Shown: positions 63,046 through 64,000 of the stretch, in pieces | Position numbering within the stretch: the first letter of the stretch is position 1 | How the letters are laid out: every line of letters starts with the position of its first letter | Assembly (NCBI GenBank): GCA_043228905.1 | Contig: JBHGNT010000009.1 | Location: 8,308,001-8,372,000, forward strand | DNA length: 64,000 bases | Origin: Azolla caroliniana | Taxonomy: Eukaryota; Plantae; Polypodiophyta | Direction of reading: 5' to 3' | Program-made: the position numbers and the translations under genes | Notes under the pieces: model-generated | Database searches by the model: none | Told to the model about the DNA's origin: nothing | Seen by the model: the letters and a program-made list of their open reading frames with translations, nothing else

Positions 63046-63205
63046 ACAGCAACAGCAATTGCAACAACTTCCAGCTCAGGGTGTTGGTTCTGCAATAGGT
63101 CAAACCTTCACCTCACAAGGCCAGCTGGCTAACCAAGTGCGGCCACAGCTATTACAATCGAATCAACTCCAAGGCCAAGGTTCAGGAACAGGATTCTTGC
63201 AATAA
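50521..63205 (+). CDS. MED25: Mediator of RNA polymerase II transcription subunit 25 (PFT1), 16 coding exons, about 793 aa
   Basis: GT-AG exons in consistent phase: 50521-50684, 50855-50885, 53021-53084, 53320-53450, 53931-54149, 54226-54291, 59058-59289, 59374-59435, 59818-60055, 60182-60699, 60774-60827, 60929-60957, 61568-61636, 61737-61830, 62071-62163, 62888-63205. vWA domain (LVVEGTSALG, FSGGGFGEAAIAEGLAEAL, KHCILVAASNP), ACID domain (KYAKIWDGML.GQRQGKPVFI, LAADWP, CAVIQLPSQTLLL) and Gln-rich tail. Confidence 0.95.
55300..58850 (-). mobile_element. Decayed LINE (RTE/RTEX-like) in MED25 intron 6
   Basis: APE remnants (DFHAR, AADHAYLHF), RT remnants (CPLSLTLFGLY, LLVNKDKTKVMVF) and a C-terminal Cys/His motif (FCQLCHQGVKSEQQYVCHC). 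Ends are approximate. Confidence 0.85.
62921..63058 (+). repeat. (QP)4 followed by a 38-Gln CAG/CAA coding repeat
   Basis: Uninterrupted Gln codons at 62945..63058, mostly alternating CAACAG. Confidence 0.95.
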
Positions 63206-63559
63206 TACATCTAACAATTTCTCAAAAATATGATGTAATACTAGATCAAAATGTAGGTAACTTGAAAATGATACATAAAAATTGCCATCGCTTTTCATTT
63301 TAAATACATATAAACTCGAAGGTCAAGGTAGGCTTGTTATGATAGACTTGCCATTTTTTGCCACAATTACATTGGTAATTGGAACAGAAACGAAGGATAT
63401 CCTCATAGCTTTTTCAGGCCACATTTTTTAAACTATAAATATGTATATTTTCTCAGATTCTAGTAAACATTTCATGCAGTATTATTGTTGCCTTCGTTTC
63501 AGTATTTTGCAGGGTCTGCTGTTTGGCTATGGCAAGAGTTTGCATTCAAAATTGGACAT

Positions 63560-63985
63560 TATAGATAGTATTTGATATATTTATGATTCATTATAAGAAG
63601 CAAAGAGTGATCGATGCATAGAACACAACCATTTCATAGTTTGTGCCTGAAGATTATAAGCACCAAACAAGACATCATGAAAGAACCATTTTTGTTATTT
63701 GTAACTGCTGCTTTTTATTGTTTGCATTGGTTTACATTGAAAGGTGTTGATCTCGATTGGAAAACAAATATCTTAAAAATAAATTATATTAGAATTGCAA
63801 TTATGGATGCAGAGTGATTGACATATTTATGATTTTAGTATTTGTAGTTGCTTCTAACCACTTCTGAAGTGCTTTATTTACGTTGAAAAACGTTGATCTC
63901 TTATTGGAAAACAAGAACTTATATACAAAGCACGGAGTGATTCACATATTTATGATTGCTTATAAAACCAAGGAGTGATTGATCT
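63560..63985. repeat. Degenerate repeats downstream of MED25
   Basis: GAGTGATT(G/C)ACATATTTATGAT-like units near 63572, 63813 and 63935. GTTGATCTC...TTGGAAAACAA near 63746 and 63892. Confidence 0.55.
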
Positions 63986-64000
63986 GTAGAAGAAATCTCT

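Noticed and set aside
62812-63132. Poly-Ala/Thr, poly-Ser/Asn and poly-Leu ORFs
   Set aside because: Alternative frames and antisense readings of the MED25 CAG/CAA repeat.

Overview
Eukaryotic plant genomic DNA. The Tcn1-like chromoviruses, the Penelope-like element and the divergent MED25 suggest a seed-free land plant (inference). Bases 1-49930 are a nested retrotransposon island: four Ty3/Gypsy elements (A, B, C, E), five Ty1/Copia elements (G, H, I, D, F), a Penelope-like fragment and a probable MITE. Bases 50521-63205 hold a 16-exon Mediator subunit 25 gene (MED25/PFT1, about 793 aa, 38-Gln tract) with a decayed LINE in intron 6. The most notable signals are in RNA and cis-elements. (1) All four Gypsy families carry an outward-pointing tRNA-like A-box/B-box module at the U3 tip of the LTR. 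(2) Gypsy B and E have Tf1-type self-priming PBSs with a compensatory base change. (3) All four Gypsy elements show a -1 frameshift cassette (slippery heptamer plus 11-bp stem, mostly with pseudoknot potential); in A it lies after the protease. (4) Two minimal hammerhead ribozymes in inverted orientation bracket the Penelope-like fragment. (5) Gypsy E has an aberrant PPT-containing left end and an 8-bp TSD. All coordinates and pairings were read by eye; no searches were run.
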